Source: a virus
Lineage: Duplodnaviria; Caudoviricetes
Length of the DNA stretch: 64,000 nucleotides
Virus record (IMG/VR): IMGVR_UViG_3300035428_000130
Span: 1-64,000 of that record
Reading direction: 5' to 3' (one strand)
Shown here piece after piece: positions 9,755 to 20,920 of the stretch (position 1 is the stretch's first letter; each line of letters begins with the position of its first letter). The notes under the pieces were generated by a model. It saw nothing but the letters and a program-made list of their open reading frames with translations, was not told where the DNA came from and ran no database searches. Position numbers and translations under genes: made by a program.

Positions 9755-11997
9755 TTATTGCGCCGCTCCGTTGTTCCAAAATCGGTATAGCTACTATGCT
9801 TCACCCGATCCAGGCACTCCTTAATTTTACCAGCGTTAAAATTGCGATAATCTGTAGTCAGATATCCAGTCACACGCCGTAGCCGCTGAATTTCTGTATT
9901 GCCACATCGAGGACAGTTATAATCAATCTCGCCCTGATAGCCGCACTTCAAACAGGAGTCGATAGGGAAGTTGAACGCCAAATAGGGAATATCCAAACTC
10001 ATGGCGTAGTCAATGATATCTTCCACGGCCTTTTCGTTCTGCATAATAGAGCTTTCAAGCTCAATATAGGTAATGCAGCCACCCGTGGGGAATTTACAGA
10101 ACGGAGCTTCCAAATCAAGCTTTTTGTAGATTGATACCTTCTGCCAAACTGGAATATGGTGTGAATTTGTGATATACTCGCGGTCAGTCACATTCTTGAT
10201 ATTACCGAACTCCTTCTTCAGAGCCTCCGCATATGTGTAGCAAAGATTCTCAGCCGGAGTCGCATAGCAGGAGAAATTCAACCCATGCTTTTCGCTGGCC
10301 GCTTTGCAGAAGTCGGAAATATGCTCAACAACACTGAGCGCAAACTTCCAAACCTCTGTGTCCTCAGAGTGATCCTTACCAAACATGGCCTGGCACATTT
10401 CCGCAATGCCGATATATCCTACCGCAAGAGTACCATGCTTCATAGCCTCATAAATACCCTTAAAGCTGGCTTTCTCATAATCCGCAACAGTGCCATTCTG
10501 GTACATAAACTTGGCTGAAGCGACAGACTGCTTACAAACGTGATAGAACCGATCAATCAAGGAAAGCTCTGTCAGATGCAGAACTTCATCCAGCTCTGCC
10601 CAGAAGCCATCAATATCGGGAGTTTCCCTCTCACCAAGACAGATACCATGCTTAATACCAATCTTGGGCAGATTCATTGTTGTGGGGCAAACATTGCCAC
10701 GGCCAACTTTGGAATAGCCAAGACCGTTCCGGTCGTATCCCATCAATGTCCGACAGCCCATAGTAGCCATCTCTGTATCGGGATCGCCAGGAGTTTCAAC
10801 ATTCTGGGAGTAGCCGCAGTTTACAATGTTGGGATAAATCCTCTTGCACAGAGAGCGAATGGCGAGTTTCTTGATGTCGTAGTTCGGATCACCAGGATTG
10901 GCATTCACACCCTTCTTGTATTTGAAAATACTAATTGGGAAAATGGGAGTCAGATAGTATTTTCCAATACCCGCCATACTTGCATCCATCAACCAGCGAG
11001 AAACCATACGACCCTCAATGGATTTGTCTGTACCAAAGTTGATTGAGGTGAAGGGGATTTGCGAACCAGCGCGGCTTTCCAAGGTATTCAGATTGTGATA
11101 GAGACTCTGAGCAGCCTGTTTGCCCTCACGCTCCAGCATATCAAGCGCATACTGATAGATAGCGCTATCCTGCTTGAAATACTCATCATCAATAGACAAC
11201 CATTCATTTTTGGCGTGAGTAATGATAGTCTCAAGCTCATTCTCAGGCAGATTTCCAATATAGCGGCAACCATCAGCATAATGCTTATAAAAGCTCTTCT
11301 TCACAAAGAGAGCCAAGTCATAGTCCAAATGGCAAGAAGCTACTCCGCCATACTGCACCTGGCTTTGGATCTGGAAGATTACCGCAATAAGCTGGCAAGC
11401 CGTTGAAAAACTATTTGCAGGCCGTACATCACCATTTCTGGTAGTAAAACCATTGTTGAGCAGTCTCTGGAGATCGACAAACAGACAGTTGTGAGAACCA
11501 ATGTCGTATTCAGACAGATCATGCAAATAAATTCGAGATTCACGGTGCGCTTGGGCAACCTCAGGTCGAATAAAGACATTCAGAGCAATATTCTTATGAA
11601 GGATATTGGCACTCTCAAATTTTCGTCCACCAAAGGAATACTCATCAACATTTGCGTTCTGATTCTTAACGTTGTTGCACAAAAGGATATCTTCAATCTT
11701 CTTGTTCAACTCGTTATTGCGCTGCCGCTCTTGGTTGCGCTTTTCACGGTACTTGATATAGGCTTTGGCAGTCTTCTTGCAATGGCTGTTCATCAGGCCA
11801 TCTTCAACCATGTCCTGAATCTGCTCCACATCAATAGTACCGCTGAATGTAGAATTTGCGATTTTACTGGCAACCCGCAAAGCCACCGCTTCATCTACTT
11901 CATCTGTTTGAGCCATAGCTTTTGAGATTGCACCCACAATTTTACTCGCATCAAATGGCTCTACACGTCCGTCACGCTTTTTGATTTCTGTAATCAT
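9751..11997 (-). CDS. nrdD: Anaerobic (class III) ribonucleoside-triphosphate reductase with ATP cone
   Basis: KKRDG ATP cone, MGCR, TPAE, YITNS, CxxC...CxxC, RVTGYL glycyl radical loop. Confidence 0.96.
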   Translation of the reverse strand: MITEIKKRDGRVEPFDASKIVGAISKAMAQTDEVDEAVALRVASKIANSTFSGTIDVEQIQDMVEDGLMNSHCKKTAKAYIKYREKRNQERQRNNELNKKIEDILLCNNVKNQNANVDEYSFGGRKFESANILHKNIALNVFIRPEVAQAHRESRIYLHDLSEYDIGSHNCLFVDLQRLLNNGFTTRNGDVRPANSFSTACQLIAVIFQIQSQVQYGGVASCHLDYDLALFVKKSFYKHYADGCRYIGNLPENELETIITHAKNEWLSIDDEYFKQDSAIYQYALDMLEREGKQAAQSLYHNLNTLESRAGSQIPFTSINFGTDKSIEGRMVSRWLMDASMAGIGKYYLTPIFPISIFKYKKGVNANPGDPNYDIKKLAIRSLCKRIYPNIVNCGYSQNVETPGDPDTEMATMGCRTLMGYDRNGLGYSKVGRGNVCPTTMNLPKIGIKHGICLGERETPDIDGFWAELDEVLHLTELSLIDRFYHVCKQSVASAKFMYQNGTVADYEKASFKGIYEAMKHGTLAVGYIGIAEMCQAMFGKDHSEDTEVWKFALSVVEHISDFCKAASEKHGLNFSCYATPAENLCYTYAEALKKEFGNIKNVTDREYITNSHHIPVWQKVSIYKKLDLEAPFCKFPTGGCITYIELESSIMQNEKAVEDIIDYAMSLDIPYLAFNFPIDSCLKCGYQGEIDYNCPRCGNTEIQRLRRVTGYLTTDYRNFNAGKIKECLDRVKHSSYTDFGTTERRNN

Positions 11998-12554
11998 TCA
12001 TTTCCTCCCGCTATTTCAGTAACCAACTGATAAATTTCGTCCCAATCATGCGCACGACTCATGCCGTTTCTCTCGGCGTTATACGAACGATTATGAGGTC
12101 GGTCAAATAGGATTTTTGCACATGATGTTGTCTCTAAATTGTGCGTCCCATCATCAATCATTACATCACCCTTGATTAAGCTTTTGTCGCTTGCGATAAT
12201 GACATCTTCCCATTTGAGATAGGAGTATAGCTCCAAGAAACGCTTCATTTTAGGCTCAACGGTTCTGTAATGAGTTGCTGTAACTGGACGTATCTTATGC
12301 CCATCATCAATCAGGCGCTTCATAACCGGAAAAGCATGATCCATCGGCTGTAACTTTGCCCACAATAAAGGATCATATAGAGGGGTAAACAACTCGCTTG
12401 ATGTCAGTTCTGGAAAGAATTTGGCAATGTTCCAATCAGTAATATCTTCAAAATTGACTGATGTACCATAGCGCTGGTTTAGCTCAGCAACCCAAACCCC
12501 AACCAGATCCCACATAACATCATCCATGTCAACCAACACTGTTAAACTTCTCAT
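11994..12554 (-). CDS. HAD 5'(3')-deoxyribonucleotidase (NT5C family)
   Basis: DMDDV, DKSLI.GDVMIDD, PHN. Confidence 0.85.
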   Translation of the reverse strand: MRSLTVLVDMDDVMWDLVGVWVAELNQRYGTSVNFEDITDWNIAKFFPELTSSELFTPLYDPLLWAKLQPMDHAFPVMKRLIDDGHKIRPVTATHYRTVEPKMKRFLELYSYLKWEDVIIASDKSLIKGDVMIDDGTHNLETTSCAKILFDRPHNRSYNAERNGMSRAHDWDEIYQLVTEIAGGNE

Positions 12555-12934
12555 TTGCTTTCCTCTGCCTCATCCTTTGGAGTAAGGTAATGCGGCATAT
12601 CATCGAATTCTGTTTGTCCCAGTTCCTGATGATGAATTATCGAAAGAAGATTCCACACCGCCGCCGCAAGATGATCTTCGTCTTCCATGCCCATGATAAA
12701 CTTGTCAATATGGCGCTTGGCTGAATCAATGTAGCGGGAGAATGGCATACCTTTTTCCCAATTACGGTCAGCATACTTTTTACTTCCAAGCTCATACCAC
12801 TTGGCAAGTCTGAGAATACCAAATGGAGTAATTAAATCATAACGTCCTTTTCCCTCTGACGGTTCACGCATCGCACAACCGTCGCCATAGGAAATACGCT
12901 CGCCGCCATCATTAATCTTACCGTCTAAACTCAT
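12551..12934 (-). CDS. dATP/dGTP diphosphohydrolase domain protein (DUF5664-like)
   Basis: KGRYDLI, GSKKYADRNWEKG, RH, EDHLAAAVWN. Confidence 0.8.
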   Translation of the reverse strand: MSLDGKINDGGERISYGDGCAMREPSEGKGRYDLITPFGILRLAKWYELGSKKYADRNWEKGMPFSRYIDSAKRHIDKFIMGMEDEDHLAAAVWNLLSIIHHQELGQTEFDDMPHYLTPKDEAEESK

Positions 12935-13596
12935 TACTCCACCTCAATGTCATCAAAAATAACCGGAATGCGCTTCTGGAACTCTCTCAGTAGCGGGATT
13001 GTAATTTCACGCATCTGCGGATGTGCTGCGGGTGCTGTTCTCAAACGGAAGAAGTGCCGCCATTCACGAAGATTCATTGTGATGCAAATTTCTGTCTTAG
13101 TAGAGTTGTTCAGCACAGAACGGGCGATCTGGGGACTTGCACCAAGCTCAAGCATTTTGAAATAGTGCTGCTCTGCGTCCTCGCAAGCTCTTGTCCACTC
13201 TTCAACAATGCGGTTGATTGTCTCAACATCCAGCTTCCTCATCTTGGGATCAAGCGCAATGCCACCCTGAATATCAATGTAAGTTACAGAGTTTCCGAAC
13301 TTCTCCTGAGAATAATTGCAGTAGCGAGTGCTCTCCTGAGCATAACTGGCGACACGATGCCGAACTTCCTCATGAGAAACACCACGATCATTTGTCAGCC
13401 GTACAGTAATGTTGTAATGCTCAATTACTGCCTCATGCCCTCTTTTGAGCAAATTGGCAACGAAATTGTAGTAAGAATCATCTGTGGTTTTGTCTTCGCT
13501 TTTATAGCAGGTTCTTCCGACTTCCTCAATGCTCTTCAAAACCTTTACGCCATCAATGGCGGTTAAAATATCAAACTGGGGTTTTACAACGTTCAA
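12934..13596 (-). CDS. thyX: Flavin-dependent thymidylate synthase
   Basis: HEAVIEH, RHRVASYAQESTRY, ARSVL, MNLREWRHF. Confidence 0.95.
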   Translation of the reverse strand: MNVVKPQFDILTAIDGVKVLKSIEEVGRTCYKSEDKTTDDSYYNFVANLLKRGHEAVIEHYNITVRLTNDRGVSHEEVRHRVASYAQESTRYCNYSQEKFGNSVTYIDIQGGIALDPKMRKLDVETINRIVEEWTRACEDAEQHYFKMLELGASPQIARSVLNNSTKTEICITMNLREWRHFFRLRTAPAAHPQMREITIPLLREFQKRIPVIFDDIEVE

Positions 13597-13611
13597 ATAG
13601 TTTCCTCCGCA

Positions 13612-13628
13612 ATGAATTAGTTAATTTC
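13612..13628. promoter_or_regulatory. Repeated AT-rich motif, copy 2
   Basis: ATGAATTAGTTAATTTC, just upstream of the thyX RBS. Confidence 0.65.
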
Positions 13629-14228
13629 TATGTAACAGAAATATGTTGTGGTGCCAAGTGGCTCATCATAATACTCATGGTAAACGCCATCGCCCTGCTT
13701 AAAGTTTGCTTGGAAAACAACATTCGCAGGCAGAAGACTACCATCTTCCAGAAGCCTTTTTGCATTTGCAATAGTTCGCTCATCTGGCGTATTATTGATT
13801 GCTCCAGACCAAGTTGGAGAGTATTGCCCTTTTGCATAGATAACATCATAAATGTTATCTGGGAACAAATCACTTTCTACACGATTCAATACAACGCTGC
13901 CTACATAGAGCTGTATGTCATCTGGAATCCATTCACACCCTACTTCGGCAAAAATTAGCCGTGAAAGTAGATCCAACTCTTCCTCAGTATAAGTTGGTTC
14001 AACCTTAATCTCGACTGGCTCGTTTTCGGCAACAGCCATCGTTTCAATAGGGGGGGGTAGGACGGCCTGGGAGACTGGAACTGCTGTAACAAGGGGCTGA
14101 ATATCAACCAGCTCAATATCATACTGAGGCTGATATGTATGTGCTGAGATACCAACCCCCGTTACTGTTACGGCAACCAATACTCCCAGGCAAACCGCCG
14201 TTATCCTTAAAATGTGTTTACTTCTCAT
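13617..14228 (-). CDS. SleB-like cell wall hydrolase (Hydrolase_2) with N-terminal signal/TM
   Basis: LLSRLIFAE, VGSVVLNRV, FPDNIYDVIY..GQYSP; C8 tract at 14050-14057 is in frame. Confidence 0.85.
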   Translation of the reverse strand: MRSKHILRITAVCLGVLVAVTVTGVGISAHTYQPQYDIELVDIQPLVTAVPVSQAVLPPPIETMAVAENEPVEIKVEPTYTEEELDLLSRLIFAEVGCEWIPDDIQLYVGSVVLNRVESDLFPDNIYDVIYAKGQYSPTWSGAINNTPDERTIANAKRLLEDGSLLPANVVFQANFKQGDGVYHEYYDEPLGTTTYFCYIEIN

Positions 14229-14248
14229 GCTGCTACGTCCTTTCTTGT

Positions 14249-17200
14249 TTAAGCAATTAGTTCGTAATCAAGCAAATACCAATACCCACTTTTATTCTTT
14301 TCCAAATCTTTTGCAAGGATAATGTCAAACCGCTTGATTGGATCTTTCGTATATCTGTAACTACGGACAGTGAGCCTTGCGGCCTTTCCGCTGCCAATAG
14401 ATCGGGTCAGAACAGCATAACCCCAGATTTCATTCTTCTGCTTGCTTATCAACGGGAACACATCGGTAATAAGAAGTTTCCGACGATCCTCCGGCCTCTT
14501 AGTTGTAAGGTCAATATAACCCATTAATTCAAGCTGATTTTGGATTTTTGTCTTCAAATCTATATCAGGCAGGCTCATGGATTTTATCGTTGTTTCACAA
14601 GCTTGAAGAAGTCCAGGCATATCAGTGATAACGAAAGACTTTGCTTCAGTCCCATTTTTGTTTTTATCAGTGGCAAATTTAGAAACTAAATCAAGCATTT
14701 GACCACTAAGCTTTTCTTTTGGGACTCGCTTTGCTGTTCCGTTTTTGAAGAATGAGAAAATACTTACCATTCGTGATAGCTCTGCTATATTGCCATAGCT
14801 TTGGAAGTAATCAATCTTGATAAGGATTTCTCTCTGCCGAGTATCCAGCCCTGTATATTCACTCAGCAGGCCAAGCAACTCCATAAAGGAAGTTGTTTTG
14901 TATTTCTTTGAAAGCTCATAAAGTTGATTTGCCACGGCGCTATTCATGTACTTAATCGAATCCAGCCCTTTGGCGATTACACGCCGTTCCGTATCGAATA
15001 TGTATTTGTCTTTAGACAGGCCGTACCGTGGAGGAACAATCTGGATACCATACAACTCCGCAAGGGCGCTTCCGTTTTTAATGTCATCCTCGTTGTTTGC
15101 ATTATTGAGATATGCTGTGATAAATTCAAACGGATGATAGTAGCGAAGATAAGCGCATAAATAGCCAATCATACAATATCCGATGGAGTGATTGTAACCA
15201 AACATATAGTTACTTGCATCTTCAATGATCTGCAAGAACTCTTTTGCTTCCTGTTCTGCAATTTCCCTTGGTTGTTCAGACTTGCTACAATATCCCTCCA
15301 AAATTTCTGGAAGAGCCTTGCTTAATCGGTCTGTTTGTTTACGTGCGATTGCCCGTCGAGTGTTGTCAGCGTCAGAACCACTCATTCCACAAATCTGCTG
15401 AAGGAATTTGATAACGTCCTCCTGGTAAACCAGATAGCCATAATTTTCTTTCAGTAGCTCATCAATGATAGGAGATGGATTCTTGTGTGGCTTGTGCTGC
15501 ATAAGATCATCTCGATAGGAAGCACCAGAGGGACGAAGTGCTGCTGTAATTAAAGACATGTCAAAGATACTATGTGGTTCATATTGCCGCAGCATTGTGT
15601 AGGCAAAATCCCCTTCAAACTGGAATATGCCAACGGGAGAACGAAGCATATCCTTCCAAACATCTTGATCGTCCCAATTGATTTCATGGGATTTCGGATA
15701 CGGAGTGCCAATAAGGTTATAGGCATCTTTGATAATCTCAATATTCTTCAACCCAAGAATGTCGTACTTTACAAGGCTAACCTCATGTACACCCTCCATA
15801 TCAATTTGAAGAATAGTATGTCCTTCAGAATCAACAAAGGTTCCATAATTGTCTGCCAAGGTAACAGGGCTTGCCACGATACCCGCAGGGTGCATAGATT
15901 GAGATATTGCAACATCAAGCAGACCAGGAAAATAGTAAAATACATCTGGATATTTTTTGGTCACTGCCTTATATGCGTCTGAGTTCAAAAAGGCGTTGCG
16001 GTATTTTTCCGATCCTGGCTTGTCTACCGCCTTTGCAAGCTCGTCAATTGCGGTCAGCTCGCTCTTAATCGTTGCACTGATTTTTCCAACCCAAGGATTT
16101 TTCTGAAAGATTTTCTCATTTTCCGCTTTGACTCTGGACAGTTCTTTCGTATAGGTGCTAATCATGGATTGGCGTTCTGCCTTAGAAAGATCTGATACAC
16201 AGATTTGCTTTCCAGTTTGCACATCCATAAAAGTACCAGACACTTTCTCGTCTTTGAGCACCTTCAAAGCGTCTTTGAGCGGCTTTTCATCTGTCTGATG
16301 TTGCTTATTCCATCGCACCCCTAAGGCACGACAAATCTCATCAACACAACCTTTGGCTTTAATTGTACCAATAGCCAGGATAAATGCTGTCTTGGCCTGC
16401 CCGAACCGATTGATGATGTATTCATACACCCTATCACGATCACTGGGCGCAACATCAATATCAATATCACCGATTTCTTTACGATCCTCATTACAAAAAC
16501 GAGAGAATACAGTATGCCATTGCTCTGGGTTCAAATCGGTAATGTCAGTGACAAATGCTACACGAGAGCCGCCGCATGATCCACGGTTAAAGCCAACTGG
16601 AATACCATTAGATTTACACCAAGTCACAAGCTCTGACATGAACAGCATGAAACCAGACATATCAATCTTGTCAAAGACTCGGCATTCCTCCGCTATGGCT
16701 GCTTTGAAGTTTTCAACCTGTTCTGGGCGAATAGCACCAGACTCCAACTTGGCACTAAAACAAGCTGCGATCTGCTGGTCAAAGACTTCTTTGTCCCTAC
16801 TTCCATAGAGCTTTGGATATTTGAATGCCAAATCAAGATCAAAAGATTCTACGCTATCAGCCATGCGATTTGTATTTTCAATAGCTTCAAGATATACCTT
16901 TTCAGGAAGAGCATCCTGTTTTCGGAACATCTCAACAAGCTCGTCATATGACTTGTATGTTAAGTCAAATGAGTCTTCATCGCTATACTCAATATGTTTC
17001 GCAGCCAAAAGAATGCTACGACACTCGGCCTTATACTTGTCGATACTATGGGTATCTGTGCCAGCAATCAAAGGCTTGCCGAACTCTCGTGCTAAATGAG
17101 CAAGGTGTAGATTGAATTCTTTTTGCTCTTGAAAGTCATGAGGCTGGATCTCCAAATAGTCATAGTGTTTTACCAGCTCTCTATATCGCTTGTGCGAAAT

Positions 17201-17662
17201 CGGCAACTTATTTAGCGGGGAGGCTAAACAAGCACTGATTTTGATAATGTTATTGGAGATGCCTAAAAACTCATCGAAGGAAATACGGGGTTTATAATAA
17301 GTGTGAGACTCAGTTGTAGACACACTGACGAGTTTATTCAGCTCCAGAACGCCAGCAAAATTCTTGGCGATTAAAATTGTGTGGTAGTTGTCACGAACCT
17401 TTTCACGCTCTCCGGTTTTTGGATCAGTATGAAGAAGCTCTTCGGTAAGATAGCACTCGACTCCATGTAGGTACTTGATGCCCATTTTGTCACAGTATAT
17501 CTTTTTTGCTACCCATTGATAAATATTGCCATGTTCAGTAAATGCGAGAGCTTTTTGTCCCAGTTCAACAGCCCTATCAACATACTGCGCAAAATTCGTG
17601 CAACTATCTAATAATGAAAGCTCCGTATGAACATGGTATGCTATGTAGTTACGGTCTGAAAT
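14249..17662 (-). CDS. dnaE: DNA polymerase III alpha subunit (PHP + polymerase), probable ATT start
   Basis: HVHTE/TEHG PHP motifs lie upstream of the first ATG; RGS, DIDID, HPAG, KYDILGL, YQE, FGYNHS. Confidence 0.92.
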   Translation of the reverse strand: MSDRNYIAYHVHTELSLLDSCTNFAQYVDRAVELGQKALAFTEHGNIYQWVAKKIYCDKMGIKYLHGVECYLTEELLHTDPKTGEREKVRDNYHTILIAKNFAGVLELNKLVSVSTTESHTYYKPRISFDEFLGISNNIIKISACLASPLNKLPISHKRYRELVKHYDYLEIQPHDFQEQKEFNLHLAHLAREFGKPLIAGTDTHSIDKYKAECRSILLAAKHIEYSDEDSFDLTYKSYDELVEMFRKQDALPEKVYLEAIENTNRMADSVESFDLDLAFKYPKLYGSRDKEVFDQQIAACFSAKLESGAIRPEQVENFKAAIAEECRVFDKIDMSGFMLFMSELVTWCKSNGIPVGFNRGSCGGSRVAFVTDITDLNPEQWHTVFSRFCNEDRKEIGDIDIDVAPSDRDRVYEYIINRFGQAKTAFILAIGTIKAKGCVDEICRALGVRWNKQHQTDEKPLKDALKVLKDEKVSGTFMDVQTGKQICVSDLSKAERQSMISTYTKELSRVKAENEKIFQKNPWVGKISATIKSELTAIDELAKAVDKPGSEKYRNAFLNSDAYKAVTKKYPDVFYYFPGLLDVAISQSMHPAGIVASPVTLADNYGTFVDSEGHTILQIDMEGVHEVSLVKYDILGLKNIEIIKDAYNLIGTPYPKSHEINWDDQDVWKDMLRSPVGIFQFEGDFAYTMLRQYEPHSIFDMSLITAALRPSGASYRDDLMQHKPHKNPSPIIDELLKENYGYLVYQEDVIKFLQQICGMSGSDADNTRRAIARKQTDRLSKALPEILEGYCSKSEQPREIAEQEAKEFLQIIEDASNYMFGYNHSIGYCMIGYLCAYLRYYHPFEFITAYLNNANNEDDIKNGSALAELYGIQIVPPRYGLSKDKYIFDTERRVIAKGLDSIKYMNSAVANQLYELSKKYKTTSFMELLGLLSEYTGLDTRQREILIKIDYFQSYGNIAELSRMVSIFSFFKNGTAKRVPKEKLSGQMLDLVSKFATDKNKNGTEAKSFVITDMPGLLQACETTIKSMSLPDIDLKTKIQNQLELMGYIDLTTKRPEDRRKLLITDVFPLISKQKNEIWGYAVLTRSIGSGKAARLTVRSYRYTKDPIKRFDIILAKDLEKNKSGYWYLLDYELIA

Positions 17663-17683
17663 TGTCTACACCTCACTCTTTAA

Positions 17684-19630
17684 CTAATCTTGTTCGCCAA
17701 ACACCTCATCTTCATCATCTACCAGTTGTTGTGGCGGAAATGGAAGCGGGCCAGAATGAGACGAACGATCCCACGAGTATTGTTTATCAAGATCGGTTTC
17801 ACTGGTGAAGAATCGCCGTGATGGAGTGTCATAAAACACACCAATGCTGCGTCCCTCATAACCGAGCATACGATCTTTTAAGATATCAATGAGAACATCG
17901 TCTTTGATAGGTGGTACTCGCCAACCGCTGCCATTCAATTTAGGCTGTCCTTTTTTATCTGACTCCTGGACACGATACAGACTGATGATACGATGGGCAA
18001 GGTCTATAATAGCGCTTATACCTTGCACATCCATCTTAGTCAGCCTGCGCATGGTTTCGATCTTATGCGGATGTACAACAAGCACAATTGCAACATTAAA
18101 CTTCTTTGCAAAAGAAATGAGATCCATCACAAACTCACTTTGCTTATTGTATTTGTTGTCATCACTACATTCCAAGTTAATAGCGGTCAGATTGTCAAGA
18201 ATCACAAGTTTCGTGCCGTACTTACGTACTGAGTCTTCAATTCTGGACATTAATGCGGTTCTGGTGTTCGGATAACCGTCTTCACAAATATACAAGCGAC
18301 CACGATAAAACTCTTCAATCGCTCGCTTTGCTTCGGGCCGAACCTTGTAGTATATTGAATCACCATACTGCTTTTCTTCAACCCAGCGCTGGCCTGCAAT
18401 TACAGAGTTAAGCCAGTTCTTTGTTTGAAAGTTTGGAAGCTCCCCAGAAAACAAGAAAACATTCTTTTCTTCTTCCATAGCCTGTATGATGAGTTGGTTG
18501 ATAAACGAGCTTTTACCAGCTCCGTTAATGCCTGTAATGATATTGAGCGTTCCCAAGAAAATTTTCATCAGGTAGCGATCAAGGGAACGAATACCAGTCT
18601 TGATGCCGTCAATCTGGTCAATGTCTATGTCCTGAATATCTGAGAAATCAATCAATCCAGGGACAGGACTATCTTTAGCGTTCAGAATGATATCCAATAC
18701 TTTTTCTTTACCATAGTAGTAAAGGACTTCATTCAAGTCATTTACAGGCAGCTTCTTACCGTCTGGTGTTTCAAAAAACTGTGGCACATCAACTACTCTC
18801 GTGCGCCAACTACCTAAACGGTAAACAACTTCTTTCTGCATTTTGATTCCAGCTTCATCATTATCTGAACAAACAATGATGTTGTCGAACTGCTCCAACC
18901 AGTCCCAATTCTCTTCCATCCAGTGAAAATTGCTACTTCCAAGCGGAACTGACACGGCATTTGTATAACCAGCCTCAATAGCAGAAAGGCAATCAGGTTC
19001 ACCCTCACAAATCAGCAGCGGAGCATTCACATTGATTCGATTCATATTAAACAAAAGATTGCTGGTGTCAGCCCCCTTTTGGCACCACTGCTTATTTTCC
19101 CCTTTGCGCACTTTTCTGGAGGGGCGGTATTTAACCATAGTCAATACATCATTCGTATCGTAATAGTTAAATACCGTATTACCCTCTTCATCTTGGCGCA
19201 CATCGACATAATCAAGGGTTGCTGGACTAATCTTGCGGCGATGGAAGTAGTTGTACACCGCCGTTTTATCTTCACAGATTACCTCTTTGGGATATTTATA
19301 TTGATGCTTTGTGCGTACACCCAACTCGCCAAAACTATACTTCATACCTGCAAGCTCAAATAGCTTTTGGCAAGCTTCCAAATAGGTCATGCCTTTATGG
19401 ATAAATACGTCTATAATGTCGTAGTTCCTGGCACACGCACCAAAGCAGTGAAATGAATAGGACTTCTTATCATAGATGAATGAAGCATGGTCTTCTTGGT
19501 GGAATGGACAGCAACACTTCAAATTGCGCTCATCGAAGTCCTCTATATCTAATTCCCTGGCAATAATAAAAGCATTTTCGTCTCCAAGCTTCTCTTTTGC
19601 CTCCAGGATGGTGTCGCGGTCAATTTGCAG
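17684..19630 (-). CDS. Primase-helicase (Zn finger + TOPRIM + DnaB-like), probable CTG start
   Basis: CPFH...HCFGAC, EGEPD, DNDEAG, GINGAGKS, DNL, VVHP. Confidence 0.9.
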   Translation of the reverse strand: MQIDRDTILEAKEKLGDENAFIIARELDIEDFDERNLKCCCPFHQEDHASFIYDKKSYSFHCFGACARNYDIIDVFIHKGMTYLEACQKLFELAGMKYSFGELGVRTKHQYKYPKEVICEDKTAVYNYFHRRKISPATLDYVDVRQDEEGNTVFNYYDTNDVLTMVKYRPSRKVRKGENKQWCQKGADTSNLLFNMNRINVNAPLLICEGEPDCLSAIEAGYTNAVSVPLGSSNFHWMEENWDWLEQFDNIIVCSDNDEAGIKMQKEVVYRLGSWRTRVVDVPQFFETPDGKKLPVNDLNEVLYYYGKEKVLDIILNAKDSPVPGLIDFSDIQDIDIDQIDGIKTGIRSLDRYLMKIFLGTLNIITGINGAGKSSFINQLIIQAMEEEKNVFLFSGELPNFQTKNWLNSVIAGQRWVEEKQYGDSIYYKVRPEAKRAIEEFYRGRLYICEDGYPNTRTALMSRIEDSVRKYGTKLVILDNLTAINLECSDDNKYNKQSEFVMDLISFAKKFNVAIVLVVHPHKIETMRRLTKMDVQGISAIIDLAHRIISLYRVQESDKKGQPKLNGSGWRVPPIKDDVLIDILKDRMLGYEGRSIGVFYDTPSRRFFTSETDLDKQYSWDRSSHSGPLPFPPQQLVDDEDEVFGEQD

Positions 19631-19645
19631 TAATAGCCACCTCCA

Positions 19646-20428
19646 TCACACCAAGCCTCTGTATTCGCACTCATGGCACACATCACAAAGGTTGTTACAA
19701 CGCCAATAGTCGGGATTGGCTTTCCACGAATCATTACATGTGATACGATTGATTTCGCTCTTGGCCCAATCCTCAACCAAGTAAAAGCGTTCAGGGTTAA
19801 ACGGCTCTTGAATCATTGTTTGAGAGCGAAAACAGTTAAATTCCAGCAAATCGGGAAATCTGCCATACTCATTTTTTACCGCTGCTGAATAGACATATAG
19901 CTGCCGTAGATAATCGTCTAATTCCGCATCGGCTTTCGTTGGTTTTGAACGTTTCGATCTGGGCTTCAAAGCCCTGGATTTGTGGTCAGTAATAATTAAA
20001 TGTCCATCATCACTGACCACATCTATAAATCCAGTAAACGGCTTACCAGCAAATGTAAAGTCTACATGCTGTTCAACTCCGAGTATGTTCCTCTGAGGAA
20101 AACTGATTTTGTCGAAGTAGTGAAAACCCTGCTCGAAATAATTATGGTAGATTTTAGGGTTTGGAGCTTTTGCATGTACATTGTCATTAAAATGAGCCAC
20201 ATAAAATGTGGATAGGTCTTTGCGGGGAAGGATACCAGATAAGTACATTTGCAAAATCAGGTGCATATAGCTTCCGTATTCAGCGAAAAACCCGCTCTTC
20301 TTCTTGATTGATTTTCCGTGTTCATCCCGATAGAGGTAAGTCAAAAACCATTTATACGGACAATCCTCAAACGAAGTAATTCGTGAATAGCTCCAAACCA
20401 TATCATCAATTCTTAAATCATAGCGAAT
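19646..20428 (-). CDS. PD-(D/E)XK nuclease (Cas4/AddB-like, Fe-S cysteines)
   Basis: SYS...CP, GSYMH, GFID, DHKS, QLYVY, C-terminal C...CDVC..C. Confidence 0.85.
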   Translation of the reverse strand: MRYDLRIDDMVWSYSRITSFEDCPYKWFLTYLYRDEHGKSIKKKSGFFAEYGSYMHLILQMYLSGILPRKDLSTFYVAHFNDNVHAKAPNPKIYHNYFEQGFHYFDKISFPQRNILGVEQHVDFTFAGKPFTGFIDVVSDDGHLIITDHKSRALKPRSKRSKPTKADAELDDYLRQLYVYSAAVKNEYGRFPDLLEFNCFRSQTMIQEPFNPERFYLVEDWAKSEINRITCNDSWKANPDYWRCNNLCDVCHECEYRGLV

Positions 20429-20455
20429 AGAGCACCACCACCGAGTTTCTACCTA

Positions 20456-20920
20456 TTAGAACGGCAGATTCTCGTCATCTCCGTCTCCATCTCCGTCCTC
20501 ATCTTCTAAAGGAGGCGGAGCTGGTTTCTTTTTCCCAGTGCTCTTAGCAGCCTGCTTTTTGGCGGGTTTCTTGCTACTGGTCTTCTTCTCCCCATCAGAC
20601 TCATTCTCATCCTCGTCTGGGAACTTAAATCCGAACAGAGTAAAGTTGACATATTCCCGCTCCCGCTCCTTGTCATAGCGGTTTGTTACGTCGCAGGCAC
20701 CAAGACGGATTCTGCACCGCTCGCTATTTTCAATCTCTGCTGCAATCTCATCAAGCCGCTTAAAAGCTTCACCAACTAAGCTTACAAAGCCGCTAAAATC
20801 GGTGACATATTCATCAGTCTTTTTGTCCTTACGACTGGTAGACATACGCACCTTAGCGAAATTATCCCGCTCGTCGGTAATCTCCCAGATTGTAGCCCAT
20901 GCACCTTCACGAAATCCCAT
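20456..20920 (-). CDS. Single-stranded DNA-binding protein
   Basis: OB-like N-terminal part, acidic tail ending DDENLPF. Confidence 0.8.
   Translation of the reverse strand: MGFREGAWATIWEITDERDNFAKVRMSTSRKDKKTDEYVTDFSGFVSLVGEAFKRLDEIAAEIENSERCRIRLGACDVTNRYDKEREREYVNFTLFGFKFPDEDENESDGEKKTSSKKPAKKQAAKSTGKKKPAPPPLEDEDGDGDGDDENLPF

Noticed and set aside
15960-16320. Intein in DnaE (about 100-aa charged insertion)
   Set aside because: There are no Cys/Ser...His-Asn splice junctions or LAGLIDADG motifs; it looks like a helical insertion.
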